DNA of 44,596 nucleotides, taken from positions 1 to 44,596 of the forward strand of contig MRSU01000866.1 of assembly GCA_008369845.1 (NCBI GenBank), in the 5' to 3' direction. The notes beneath the pieces were generated by a model. That model saw only the letters and a list, made by a program, of their open reading frames with translations. It ran no database searches and was not told where the DNA came from. How positions within the stretch are numbered: the first letter of the stretch is position 1; each line of letters starts with the position of its first letter. Below are positions 31,355 to 42,989 of the stretch, one piece after another. A program made the translations under genes and the position numbers. Source of the DNA: Trichomonas gallinae. Lineage: Eukaryota.

Positions 31355-32081
31355 ATGTTTATTATATTTGTTTTGTTTAATTACTTTTTTTTCGTTCACC
31401 ACAAACGATCATTTTTATTTTCCAGTGGCCTTTCCATCGATATGACTATTCATAGCTATTGCTGCAATATTCTTCAATTAAAACATGTCTGTGCCTAATC
31501 GGAAATTAAATTATTTATCAAATATGATTGGTTTAATTATGAAATTATTTTATGAAAACTCATAGAAAAGGACGACACAAAACTTACAATCACTATATTT
31601 AGCACATCTAATATATCATTTTAAAGAAGTTTTTCGATTTTGAATTTTATTACTATATCTGTTTAGCATATATAGTAGATTATGATTTTAGAATTTTTGA
31701 ATTTTGTGGTTGATGGAGAAAACGGACAAAAAAAAAGCCATGACCAACATTTTATCTAACGATGAGTGCTCTCTGATAAAGAGATCTATAGATAAGTGAA
31801 CGAAAATAAAATCCATCCGATGAACCAATCATTTATCGAATTTTCAAAATATTTTATCAGGTAAGGAAGGACTTAGCAACTATATGTGTACGTTGTATGA
31901 TATCTAAATCAATGAACTATAATGAATTTGATCAACTTTTCGATAGGCATATTTTATTAACTATTTATGGGCTTAAATCTGACCAATTCATATGGTTTTT
32001 ATAATACTTGATGACATGGAAACGCATAAGCTATGGCTGTAATAAAAAATAAACAGAATTTTAATTAAACAATAAAAAAAA

Positions 32082-33299
32082 TTACCAAATGCAACCCGGA
32101 ATAACGCTAAGACGATCTTTCACGCCAATTGTTATCTTTCTGCCAGTATCTGGTGGTGCTGGGCCCATTGGTCCAGGTGTTTGCTCTTCTTTCCTCGAAC
32201 TGTCGAGTCTACCGCGAATAGACATCTTTGGAACAGAAGCAAGCGTGAGATCGTAGTTAGGGTTGTACTTACCAGGTCCTGGACCAGAAATAACACCCTC
32301 ATCCTTCTTGAAGTTGCGACCTTTGATTGTGTATTTCCTTCCAGTGTTGTCTGCTGGAAGATAGTTTGGTCCAGGAGATGTAGCTTTGGCTTTGGGTTCC
32401 TGTGGTTTGTAATGAAACGAAATCCTCGGCGAATTTGATCCAAATTCTGGAGGCATATAATTTGGACCTGGTGATGACTCGATTTGACGCTCGCTTGGGC
32501 GAATGCCGAAGCTCCTCTTTGGTCCTGTGCCAAATGAGTCTGGGATTTTCTGATATGGAATTGCATTGACCTTTTCTTTTGTCGTATAGCGAGGGCGAAT
32601 TGTCAGTTTCGGGGCGTCTGCACCTGTTGGACGCTCAGTGTGGTACTTAGAGGGTCCTGGCGTTTCATCAAACTTAGGTTCGCGATGCTTGAAGTGAAAA
32701 GATATTGCTCTTGGCTTATCTAAGTCCTTCACATCGTATGGACCTGGAGTTTGGAACTTGTTTTTAGGTTCTGGTGAGCGAGAGCCGATTTGATTTCTTC
32801 TTGCACTTGGAAGTACAACAGAATAGTTTGGCATGTATGCAGCAGGTCCAGGAGAGTCTACAATACCTTCATCACGCTGGAATTTTCTTCCTTTCATTGT
32901 GAATTTTGGAGATGATTTCTTTGTTGGATCATCATATGTAAGTGGACCTGGTGTTGAAGGTGGTAGATCCTTACTCATTGTTCTTTGATGCCATGTTGTT
33001 TTTGGAGCGTCGTGACCGAATGCTGGTGGAACATAACTTGGACCTGGTGAAGATTCGAGTGCTCTGTCCTTTGGTCTTATACCAAATGAATATTTATGAC
33101 CCGTTCCCATGTCCGAAGGTATTGCTTGATAGCCAATGCCACCTTGTGCATTTTCTTTTGTCTTAATTCTATTTCTAATTGTCCATTTTGGTGATTCATT
33201 TCCGAATTTCGAGCTTGGAAGATACGCCTGCGGGCCTGGTGTCTTTAGCGCATCTGGCAGTACATATATAACTGTTGCTGTACTGGGCGCAGTTGACAT
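32082..33299 (-). CDS. SHIPPO-1/ODF3-like (sperm-tail PG-rich repeat) microtubule-associated protein
   Basis: 405 aa; about 10 (S/T)PGP repeats, most followed by Y and then P.(F/W/Y)(S/T)(I/F/M), at about 32-38 aa spacing. Confidence 0.88.
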   Translation of the reverse strand: MSTAPSTATVIYVLPDALKTPGPQAYLPSSKFGNESPKWTIRNRIKTKENAQGGIGYQAIPSDMGTGHKYSFGIRPKDRALESSPGPSYVPPAFGHDAPKTTWHQRTMSKDLPPSTPGPLTYDDPTKKSSPKFTMKGRKFQRDEGIVDSPGPAAYMPNYSVVLPSARRNQIGSRSPEPKNKFQTPGPYDVKDLDKPRAISFHFKHREPKFDETPGPSKYHTERPTGADAPKLTIRPRYTTKEKVNAIPYQKIPDSFGTGPKRSFGIRPSERQIESSPGPNYMPPEFGSNSPRISFHYKPQEPKAKATSPGPNYLPADNTGRKYTIKGRNFKKDEGVISGPGPGKYNPNYDLTLASVPKMSIRGRLDSSRKEEQTPGPMGPAPPDTGRKITIGVKDRLSVIPGCIW

Positions 33300-34086
33300 T
33301 TCTGCCTAACGTCCTTTTTTTGTAACGAAAAACAAAAAAAATATTTTATTGCGGGGGTGACACCAATATATAATAATGAATTAACCAAAACTTTATTTAG
33401 GGATAATCTCATTAATAGCTATAGATCATTAAAATTTGCATTTTGAGATCTTATTTTGATAATATGAAATTGAAAATAAATAAATTAGCGCTAATTGATA
33501 TTGGAAATTAGATAATTAGCATCTATAGGGGGATATGAGTTTATATAAGTTTAATTTACACCGTAAAGATGATTTTGCATTTTTGGAGTTTTGTTGTAAT
33601 AATTGAAATTTAGAAATTAGGCTCGAAATGAGTTGTATATAGAATAGGCATGTTCTCCAACTTAAATTAAAAAAAAGATTCGATTCAAATTGATATTGAT
33701 CAACTTTTTTGATAATGCAGATATATATATTAGTAAATTATTTTTTCACTGAAATAAGAAGGAAATATTTAACAGTTAAACGATTATTTATCATTGAAAT
33801 GAGATTTTTTAAGTTAAACTTTTTCAATGTAAATCAAATTTATCCGCTAAGACTTTTAGGTTAAAAATGTTACATTTTAGATTAGCAAAAATAAGATAAT
33901 TCTTTTTGAAACCACTTTTTTGTGGTTTAGATTTAATATCGTTGTATAGTTATTTTAATGACGAAATCAAAATCTTTTCAATTTATATTGAAAAAAAAAA
34001 TTGTTATAAGATTTATATATTCTTATCTACACAATGATTTTAATGTGAAATCAAAAAACCTTTCAATATTCATTCAAAATTTTCTC

Positions 34087-35556
34087 ATGGAAATCGCAAG
34101 ACTCGCTTTCTCACCTGATAAGCGGGATCATTTAGCATTTGTGAATAGAATTGATGAATTGACTGCTGCATACGGCTACGCGTTCGTTAATACTCAAATG
34201 TTGCCGTTTTTGATAAATTGGTACAACCCAACTCTTATTGAAATTGGACGAATACTATCCCAAAAGTGCCAGAGCATCATATCTGATACAAGTCCATTAG
34301 GCTTAGTGTCCGCTTTCATTTCTGTGCTCGCATTATCGAATGATGTCGCAATAAATAAGAATCTAACCTGTTTCTTTTCAAATTTCAATAACAAACATTG
34401 CATTGAAACAATATGCACTAAACTCGCTAGCTCCGATTATGATAATGTTCGTGCAATTGTTGCGTATTTATTGAAATCCGTTAAAAACGAAAATATACAG
34501 AAATTATTGATACAAAAGCTTGCATCTGATAGATCATTCAGTGTAAAAATGTCTCTGCTTAGATTGATTAACGAGATGCCTGAAGATTTATCACTATTTG
34601 TTGCTGAGCAATTAATGCAAGTTCCCGATGCTAAGCTTCGTCATCTTGTTGCAACACTCACTAAGAATCATAGCTACTTTAGTCAATCAATCTTTCCTGT
34701 TTTGATTAAAGATCCGGATTGGTTCGTTAGAGCATCGGCAATCAAAGCTGCTAGCGAATCAAATAATCCAGGTGCTATGTTGAATGATTTGGTCCAGGCA
34801 TATAATGATGTTTGGGAAATTAAAGTAATGATCTTGAAAATAATTTCAACGTTATTGCTAAAATCTCCAGAGAGAATTGAAAACGAGGACAATGTATTTG
34901 TGTTGTTCCAAAGGACATTTCCAGAACTCTTAGAATCATCTCTTGGAATACAAGTTATTCACTTATTTTTAGGTTTGATTAAGCATGGATACTTCAAGCC
35001 AGATGCTGATGACTTCCGTGGGTATGTTTATGCTATTTACAATTCGCAAATTCAATCAAATTGGTGTTACTTCCTTAAATCAGCGATAAAGAACAATGAT
35101 TTTGATTACACACCATATCTGATGGAAACACATCTTCAATTTGCAGTCAAATGTCTCCAATCATTTGATTACACGATCAGAGAACAAATGATGAAAATAT
35201 TTGCAGATCTTTACGCGAAAATCAATGATGAGAACACGCATAAATATCTCATTAGCCTGTCTTTATCAGCTTGTCAGGACCAGGCAAATCCAGTAAGAGT
35301 TTCAGCAGCAGAATTTTTAATTAAAATTGCAATATTGCAATTTGATGATCTATCACATATGATACAGCTTCTAGCTGAGTCCTCTGATTTCAGGAATCGA
35401 CAGGTCGCTTATATGATTATTCTTGGGTTATTGAATACTTCGAACGACGAAAAGATTTTAGAATTTGCTAGAAAGGCAAAACAGAAACTCGCTAATGATC
35501 CACAGATCGTTGTTAGAAATATTGAAGCAATTTACCCAGCAATCGGAATTTCATAA
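34087..35556 (+). CDS. HEAT-repeat protein, PP2A scaffold (A subunit)-like
   Basis: Likely ATG 34087 with Inr TCATT at 34070; MLPFL, LASDRSFSVK, LIKDPDWFVR, DVWEIK, DYTIRE, D.ANPVR, DFRNR and LANDP..VVR HEAT motifs. Confidence 0.8.
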   Translation: MEIARLAFSPDKRDHLAFVNRIDELTAAYGYAFVNTQMLPFLINWYNPTLIEIGRILSQKCQSIISDTSPLGLVSAFISVLALSNDVAINKNLTCFFSNFNNKHCIETICTKLASSDYDNVRAIVAYLLKSVKNENIQKLLIQKLASDRSFSVKMSLLRLINEMPEDLSLFVAEQLMQVPDAKLRHLVATLTKNHSYFSQSIFPVLIKDPDWFVRASAIKAASESNNPGAMLNDLVQAYNDVWEIKVMILKIISTLLLKSPERIENEDNVFVLFQRTFPELLESSLGIQVIHLFLGLIKHGYFKPDADDFRGYVYAIYNSQIQSNWCYFLKSAIKNNDFDYTPYLMETHLQFAVKCLQSFDYTIREQMMKIFADLYAKINDENTHKYLISLSLSACQDQANPVRVSAAEFLIKIAILQFDDLSHMIQLLAESSDFRNRQVAYMIILGLLNTSNDEKILEFARKAKQKLANDPQIVVRNIEAIYPAIGIS

Positions 35557-36263
35557 TTTAATTTATTTGTTTGTAACTTTAAATATTATCGTATATTATC
35601 CTATTCTCTTTAGTTATCGATTCTCTATCTAATACAGCCAATAACATAATCAAAACAAGTAAGAGCAAGAATTTGATGAAACAAACTGGTGAATTCATTT
35701 ATTATCTAAACTCAAAAATTTTGATCCAGTATTTTGCAATTCAGTTCATTGTAACAAGACATATTCTTCAAGACTATTTGTATATAGGAAAAATACACAT
35801 GTCTGAAAATAGCATGACGAATCAATTAGATTTATATATGTATTTTAAGGATGTGCTTGTATATAAAAATGCAAATAAGTATTCATAAGGGAAACAGCTT
35901 GTAAAAGTCGGGATATCGAGGGTTTAATCGTTCTATTGTGAATGCTCGAATATTGTCGATGTTTTCGAAAATCAAATATTGAAATTTTTGAAATCAGGAT
36001 GCAAGTCAGCACATTTCAATGAAAATGATGTGGTTTATATATCACTCTCTGTAAACATATCTTTATTTTTCGTTAAACTATACTATTAGTTTTTTTAACA
36101 GGATGAAATTAAAATCTGTAAAGCAGATCGCAAAATGGCAACGCGGATGTGTGAGCAGACTTATAACTTCATCTGGGAAATATCAAAAATTTGTCAGAGG
36201 AAAAAATGAACTTTTAATTTAAGTATTAGACTTTTGTTTTGGATTTGTTGAAAATTCACGCCA

Positions 36264-37439
36264 TTACATAATAGTTCTGAGATATTCTAGGAAATTCTCT
36301 TCACCGGAATCTAGTTTTTCTGAAAATCCTAATTCGCTAAGGACTTCTGCAAGGCTAGGGTTTGCTACATATATGCCAGTAGCTAATGTTGATTCAATAG
36401 TGTCCATGTTTCCATATTCTTCCTTAGGTTTGTTAAATCTTGCCTTGAAACCATTGTAAGCGTTGAATTGCTCAGGAGAAAGGAATTTTTTAGCTAATTC
36501 ATCAAGTGCTCTTTGGATTGCTGTAGGAGTTGGACGGTGTGTATCATCAAGATCCCAGCAATGATAAATGAGATCAGTAAAAGCTCTGTTAAACGGATCT
36601 TTATTGAATTTCTCATTATAGATAAAACTTTCATCAAATTTTCCTTTCATGATACGTTTCTCAATGAGAATAGCATTGATTATTCTTTGTTTGTCATTAT
36701 CATCTGCTTGGGTTTCTATGATGGAATTGATCTCTTCTATTTGCTCATCAGTTAATTCAAAATCATCAAGTACTTTTTGAGGATTCATATAATAAATTTG
36801 ATATGGGAAACAACCTGTGATTAACTGATGAATTATTCCACCAAATGAATAAACGTCTGAAGCTGTTGTCCTGTCTTTAACATATACTTCTGGAGCTGTG
36901 AATACTGGTGTTCCATGTTTGAGTGTATTAGAAACGCCGCTTTGATCTGTAGAATCTCCCCAGTCGATAATATGTGCGAATAATTCGCCATCAATCATGA
37001 TGTTTCCTGGCTTTAGATCTCTATGCTTGACATCCTTTTCCTTCATTTTGCTTAATTGGAAAGCAATGCAAGATAAGATCTTAAATATGACGAGTTTACT
37101 GGTCCTGATCAATTCACCTCCTGTTTTATGTGTAATTAGAGAGTGTAAATCAGCACCGGGAATGAAATCAATTAAGATCCAATGATGGCTTTCGCCTTCA
37201 TGGTTCTTAGATCTATCATATAGCTTTGGGACAAATGGGATACCGAAATTTTCGAGTGCTTTTGATTCAACTTCTTCTTTATCGAACCCTGTTGCATCTA
37301 TGAGAATTTTTAATACTCGAAACTTATCATCATCGAACTGCAGTAGCCAGCATTTTCCATATGAGCCGTCCCTGAGCTTCCATCCATTTCTTACATGATC
37401 ATCATGGTCATAGTATGTCTCATCATCAAGTTCACTCAT
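36264..37439 (-). CDS. Divergent Ser/Thr protein kinase (TKL-like or unclassified) with DWG motif
   Basis: GSYG, VLK, HRDLKPGN, DWG, GTPVFTAPE, SDVYSFG and CW....HRPT. Confidence 0.9.
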   Translation of the reverse strand: MSELDDETYYDHDDHVRNGWKLRDGSYGKCWLLQFDDDKFRVLKILIDATGFDKEEVESKALENFGIPFVPKLYDRSKNHEGESHHWILIDFIPGADLHSLITHKTGGELIRTSKLVIFKILSCIAFQLSKMKEKDVKHRDLKPGNIMIDGELFAHIIDWGDSTDQSGVSNTLKHGTPVFTAPEVYVKDRTTASDVYSFGGIIHQLITGCFPYQIYYMNPQKVLDDFELTDEQIEEINSIIETQADDNDKQRIINAILIEKRIMKGKFDESFIYNEKFNKDPFNRAFTDLIYHCWDLDDTHRPTPTAIQRALDELAKKFLSPEQFNAYNGFKARFNKPKEEYGNMDTIESTLATGIYVANPSLAEVLSELGFSEKLDSGEENFLEYLRTIM

Positions 37440-38521
37440 TTTTTAGTAGTCAAAATTTTTATCTTTGATGATTATTTTTATTCGCAAGAGTAAAATTAAC
37501 ATTTTGGAAGATAATAATGACTTTGGGGAAAAAAAAATAAGTCAAATGAAAATAACTAAACTGCATTCCATAAATCAGATTTGACCAAAAATTTGATAAC
37601 TCTCATAGAATAATTCAATGAGTAGTATTGAAAAATTGTTTCTTTTCAGGCTTGACTTATGAAACAAATAGGTTTTGACTAGTATAGAGTTGAGTAAAAA
37701 AATTGCACAGTCTGTGGACAGATGCACTAGCATATAAGACCAAGTGCTATCGTATTATTTCAAAAAAATCTTTGATATTCAGGGAGAAAAATATAATATT
37801 ATCCCAGAATTACGGAATAATAATAAACACACACTTTGAACAGTATATACAACAAAAAAAACAAGCATAATAGCTGTGTTTTTTGATTAAACTGTGAGCT
37901 GAGCCAAGATATGGTTGTGATATTTCCAAGTTTGCAGATTGATTAGAAGCTGAGCTAAATGTACTTCTTTCTAGTAGATAGAAGTTTATTTTGATAATCA
38001 TTCATCGAAATTATCAAATTGATTTGCCTTCAAAGATTTTGGAAAAAATTGAACGCAATTTGTATCTCCTACTAAGTTGATTTCAATTATTATTTCTATG
38101 CTATCAACCTATGAGTACAATCAAGCTTTAAGGCTCGCAATGGTAAATTTTATGAAATATTCAAATTGGGATAGATTCTGTTTGATTGAAATTTATCGTC
38201 TAGAATGAGAACTGTATGAAGAAATCATGTAGTTTTGGTAAGGAAGTTAAAATATAAAAATGAATTTTCGGAAAATATTCAAAAGTACTGAATATGGTAT
38301 TGTTATTGCATTGTTGTGTGTCATTTCGATGAATTATTTGGTAATCTTGTGCAATAAATCTGTATAAATTATTAATTTCGATCATTAGTTGCATGAATAC
38401 TAAGTTTTATGAATGGATTTCATTCGGATAGTACCAATAATTGATAAGTGTTAACAGGTATCCCATTTTTTGGTACACTTATGTGATCTTTTGTTTCAGA
38501 CCCGACTTTTGAAATTCAGTT

Positions 38522-38693
38522 TATAATGTAACCCAAAAAAATAAATTTGCCATGTAAATATAATCATTGTCGGAAAAATTAAATCTGTCATGTAAATATA
38601 ATCATTGTCAGAAAAAATAAATCTGCCATGTAAATATAATGTAAGCAAGAAAAATAACAATCTGCCATGTAAATATAATGTAAGCCAAAAAAA
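38522..38693. repeat. 38-39 bp tandem repeat, about 4.5 copies
   Basis: CATGTAAATATAAT at 38551, 38589, 38627 and 38666; unit variants end in CATTGTC or GTAAGC. Confidence 0.92.
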
Positions 38694-38708
38694 TCAAAAA
38701 AAAACGCC

Positions 38709-38720
38709 TAACGGCTGTTA
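38709..38720 (+). promoter_or_regulatory. M3-like/Myb-type core promoter element
   Basis: AACGGCTG (fits DRCSGYTD) inside TAAC-GGCT-GTTA, ending 14 nt before ATG 38735. Confidence 0.45.
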
Positions 38721-38734
38721 AAACTAAAAGTCTT

Positions 38735-40756
38735 ATGACTTCTCTTGTTTCTCCATTCGGTGAAGAGTTTGGATTAGTTGAGCATCGCCTCCGTCTGCAG
38801 TCCAAGGCCCCGCACCTTAAGATTGCGGAAATGCAGAATATTGCACAGAAATCTTATTCATTTCAATTCCAAAATTTCGTTACCTCATTGGAAAATCCAA
38901 ATGTCGTCGATGTTTTCATAGAGTCCAGTCAGCTTCAGCAGTCTCCAACAGACATTGCCTCCAAGGGCCTCAAAATCCCAACAAAAACAGGTTTACAATT
39001 CAATCCAACAAAAGTTACATATCCAGCGGGCAAAGATGAGTACACACTCATCCACCTTGTCGTCGCCCTCGGAAAGGTTACGAATTTCATTGATCCAGTC
39101 GCTGCCCTCACTGGAGATAACTATCTTCCGACAACAAATCTCACGAGCGCCAATCTTCCACAGGGATTCGACAGCTTGAGGATCTCTGCCAACGGTGATT
39201 TCGCTATTTTCAAACCAAATCAATTCAACGTCCTTCACATCGTCAAAGTTAAGGGCGGAGAAAACATTCAGCAAAGACCACTCGATCAGATGAAGTGCTC
39301 CAACTGCCACAAGGAGTTTGCCGTATACTACTGCACAAACGACAACTTGAAATTATGCATCAATTGTGATCAAAAGATTCATAACTCAGCTGTCACAAAA
39401 ACACATGTCAGGAAGCCACTCGGTGAAGTTCTCGCTACATACCAGCCATGCCCAGAACATCCTGAGCACATGGTTCAGTATTATTGCGAGCAGTGCGCTC
39501 TTCCTGTATGCATTGAGTGCAAGGTCAACGGAAATCACTCCCACAAGGGTACATCAAAGCACAAACTCACGCCAATCACTCAAGCTTATGAAACAGTCGG
39601 ATTAAAGATGAAGACACCGAACCAGATTCGCCGCAATCGCGAGACAGCCCTTAAGACAGCTATTGTTGAGGCTGAAGACACAATTCAGAGCCTTAATAAT
39701 AATCTTAATTCTGTTCTCGCAGAAATCAAGCGCATTGCAGACGCCGCAACAAATGAGGCCAAGAATACAATTGGCCAGAGAGTCTTAGAAGCCAAGTCTT
39801 GCCTTGCAGAATTGCAGCGCAAATATGATCTCCTCAAGTCTACAAACGAGATGGTCACATCCTACTACACCGACGGCGACCCAGTCCCATTCCTCGAAGA
39901 GTTCCACCGCACAGAACTCCTCGACAAGGAAATCGAGACATCTTTCGACCTCCAGAAGTCCAACCACATCAAGGCCGATTTATCCGTCTTCGGACACCTC
40001 GCCATTCAGTCTCCGAAGCCTCCGGCCATCCCGAAGGCAACAGAGCGCGACATCAAGCCACAGTCCTCACACAACCAGTCCACATGGCCGACAACAGTTA
40101 CACACAGAGAATTGAACAGAGATGATGCCGAAAACGAGGGCCTAAAGATCACATCACTCGATAAGATGGCTGACAGGAAGCTGAGGAAGTACGGCAAGCA
40201 GTTCGAGGAGCTCCCATTCGTCCCATTTGATGGCTCAGAGATCATCCTTGACGCTGAGACTGCTCGCAAGCTCTACTTGTGCTTCCCATTCAAAGGACTC
40301 CCTGAGACTCACCTTATGTTCAGCACAACATCTGACGGCAGAGACATTCAGGAGATGCACAGGCAGATCGATGGAAAGGGCATCACGGTCATCCTCATCA
40401 AGTCAGGCGATCACGTATTCGGCGGCTTCGCTGCATCGAAGTGGAACAGCGACATGAGGCCTTTCGGAGAAAACTCGTCTAGCTTCTTGTTCTCTATCGA
40501 CAGGAACGCTTTCATCCCAGCTCACCCACAGAGCGAGGAGCCAATCTATTTGTTTGGCACACCAGACTCCTTCTCGTTCGGAAGAGATGACTTAGTTATC
40601 GCAGGAAACTTCGACCGCTGCGCATCAACAATCGAGAACACTTTCGGCGTCGGACTACAATACGGAGGCGTCGAGGCCCAGAAATTCCTCGCCGGACAGC
40701 CTAGATTCAAAGCGGACAAGGTCGAAGTTTGGGGATTTTTCTCTCCTGCTGACTAA
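38735..40756 (+). CDS. B-box/B-box/coiled-coil/TLDc protein with N-terminal degenerate PARP/ART-like domain
   Basis: 673 aa; B-box1 CSNC...YC.ND.LKLC..CD.KIH, B-box2 CPEH....QYYC..C..PVC..C...G.H, coiled coil, TLDc LMFSTTSDG...DGKG.TV.LIK....VFGGF...SFLFS...VEVW. Confidence 0.88.
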   Translation: MTSLVSPFGEEFGLVEHRLRLQSKAPHLKIAEMQNIAQKSYSFQFQNFVTSLENPNVVDVFIESSQLQQSPTDIASKGLKIPTKTGLQFNPTKVTYPAGKDEYTLIHLVVALGKVTNFIDPVAALTGDNYLPTTNLTSANLPQGFDSLRISANGDFAIFKPNQFNVLHIVKVKGGENIQQRPLDQMKCSNCHKEFAVYYCTNDNLKLCINCDQKIHNSAVTKTHVRKPLGEVLATYQPCPEHPEHMVQYYCEQCALPVCIECKVNGNHSHKGTSKHKLTPITQAYETVGLKMKTPNQIRRNRETALKTAIVEAEDTIQSLNNNLNSVLAEIKRIADAATNEAKNTIGQRVLEAKSCLAELQRKYDLLKSTNEMVTSYYTDGDPVPFLEEFHRTELLDKEIETSFDLQKSNHIKADLSVFGHLAIQSPKPPAIPKATERDIKPQSSHNQSTWPTTVTHRELNRDDAENEGLKITSLDKMADRKLRKYGKQFEELPFVPFDGSEIILDAETARKLYLCFPFKGLPETHLMFSTTSDGRDIQEMHRQIDGKGITVILIKSGDHVFGGFAASKWNSDMRPFGENSSSFLFSIDRNAFIPAHPQSEEPIYLFGTPDSFSFGRDDLVIAGNFDRCASTIENTFGVGLQYGGVEAQKFLAGQPRFKADKVEVWGFFSPAD

Positions 40757-41325
40757 TTTTTTTTTTTCTTATATTTATTATATATTTATATTTTTGCAAA
40801 AATGTCAATGCTTAAATTTCTTCTTCTTTTTTTATGATCATATTTAAATTTCTTCACTATCAATCATAATATGATATAATACAATATTGGGTGATTTAGC
40901 CCGGGTTTTGGACAAAATCATATAAAAAGTTGACTATATTCTAAAATTTCGTCAAATCATAGTCATTATTTCAGTTACATGATGATAAAGTCTATAACAA
41001 TTCCTATAATATATCCGTGTTGTGTGAATCAAATGGAAGCCTATATGATGATAAAAAATTTCTATTTTTGTTCCATAAATTAGTGAAAAAATAAACAAAA
41101 ATTATGGTAAAACTGCATTGATTATTGCTGTATATTTCGGTCATCATGAAAACATAAAATGGTTGAAATCATAGTAAAATAGATGTTGTCGCTTTAAAAT
41201 ATCAAAATAATGTTATTAGAAAGAAATATTGAGAATATTTTGTTTGTGATGAAGATTCCGTTTGAGAATTGTGTTTTTGAAACATATTAGTTGAAATATG
41301 TTTGAATAATAATTCATTTATTTTG

Positions 41326-42135
41326 ATGATTGATCTTGAAAATGTGCAAAGATCTAAGACTGGGCTTTTGAAAGTTAAAGTTGTAGATTGGAGCATGATC
41401 AAAAGCATGGATGTTGATGAGCTTAGAAATACTAGAGACAGAGCAGAAATGAAAAGTTTGATCAAAGATTTTCTTAGATCAGACTCGCTATTTGTAGATC
41501 CGAACTATTGCGACACATCTTTAGTGTTTAAGTACTTTAAATTGCTCCAAATTGCAGTTCAACAACTCGCTCACGAAAATTCTCAGCTTAGACAAATAGT
41601 ACAAGTTCAAAAAGGGCAATTATCAGACTCAAAAGAGATGATTGATCAGTTGAGAACAATTCCACCTCAAAAAGAAGAAATAACGATTATTTATCAATGC
41701 CCATTGTGTTTTAAACAGTTTAAATCAAAAGAATATCTAGAATTACATAAGTCTCGCAGGCATAGAGGAACAGTGCAAATCGAGAAAGTCGAAGAACCTA
41801 AGGTTATCAAAAAACCAATAATTGATATTAACAAAATCGTTCAATCTATGGATCAAACACTCAAAGAACGACATAATCAGCAAAAGCAATCATTAGAAAA
41901 GAAATTCTCCGATTTTGAACATCGAATTCAAGAAAGATTAGAAGCAGATAGGAAATCATTCATTAGGGATAAATTCCAAGATCATCCCAATGCAGATGAC
42001 TCCGTTTTCGGTAGTACACTTAAAACAACACACGTTCCTCTAATTTTGGATGATGGAAGTGATTATTACAGCGATGAGTATCTAAGCAGCATATTCATTA
42101 AGGATAATGGTGGATATTCTTCGGATAGTTTTTAA
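41326..42135 (+). CDS. DZIP1/Iguana-like protein (Dzip-like N domain plus C2H2 finger)
   Basis: ATG 41326 with Inr TCATT at 41314; VDW..I.SMDVD, FKLLQIAVQQL, coiled coil, YQCPLCFKQFKS.EYL..H..RRH. Confidence 0.8.
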   Translation: MIDLENVQRSKTGLLKVKVVDWSMIKSMDVDELRNTRDRAEMKSLIKDFLRSDSLFVDPNYCDTSLVFKYFKLLQIAVQQLAHENSQLRQIVQVQKGQLSDSKEMIDQLRTIPPQKEEITIIYQCPLCFKQFKSKEYLELHKSRRHRGTVQIEKVEEPKVIKKPIIDINKIVQSMDQTLKERHNQQKQSLEKKFSDFEHRIQERLEADRKSFIRDKFQDHPNADDSVFGSTLKTTHVPLILDDGSDYYSDEYLSSIFIKDNGGYSSDSF

Positions 42136-42499
42136 ATTTGCTTCACAATTTTAATTTTTTGAATACAAAATAAGTTGCCATTATGATTTGGTTTGATGTT
42201 TAATAGCTTAACACCCAGATAATTTATATGTTTGAATTACAAAACAAAATTCAATAATCGAAATTAAATGCTATATTGCTTCAAAGCTAATCAAATTGAA
42301 TGCTAATCGTCCTCATTTCATCATTCTAAATTGATTCAAATCTAAAAACAGAAATTAACTTCAAAATATGATTGAAAACATCCAATCACACGAGATTCTT
42401 TACTCTAAACACAGAAAACTTCATTCTATTTGTATCATAAAACAACTGGGATGATTGGAAAAAAATTTGATATTTAATTGTCAAATTTCAGTCTTTTTA

Positions 42500-42989
42500 T
42501 AAGAAAAATGTTGCCAATTGGTATAGTTCTTCCATATTTTTGGATATTTTTACCTAAATCATAATTTACCAGCACTTTTTTATTGATGGAAACTGGATTC
42601 AATTAAAGTATAAAAAGCTCGTGAACTTCACAAAAAGACTTCCATATATGACTGAAGAATAAAATTTATTGAACATTTAGCAAGATACAATGTGGTTGAG
42701 CCGATTGCACTTATTGTTTATACAAGAAAACGTGATCCCAGGAACTTTTCGAAGTTTTTTACACAAAATGGCATCCAATGCTATATATGAACCAATTTTA
42801 TGGTGCTTTCTTAGCACTGATGATCAAAATAATAAATTTTTTAAAGAAAACAACATTTCATTTAGCAACATCGTATATGAATGCATCAGTATTGAAAATG
42901 CACTAGAAATGGGTTCAAATTACGTTGTTGGATTAGATGAAGCAGGCACATACTATCGCCGCTTGGTCATAAAGGACCAAATTTACTAG
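42500..42989 (+). pseudogene. Possible frameshifted gene remnant
   Basis: Overlapping coding-like fragments in different frames (KFIEHLARYNVVEPIALIVYTRK..., then the 99-aa ORF at 42690-42989). Confidence 0.25.

Noticed and set aside
33958..34086. 43-aa N-terminal extension of the HEAT ORF (and non-ATG extensions at 5225, 7952, 18247, 25621, 41302)
   Set aside because: AT-rich intergenic-like composition; most have an Inr or M2 motif just before the downstream ATG
38522..38693. CRISPR-like array
   Set aside because: Head-to-tail units with no unique spacers; a minisatellite
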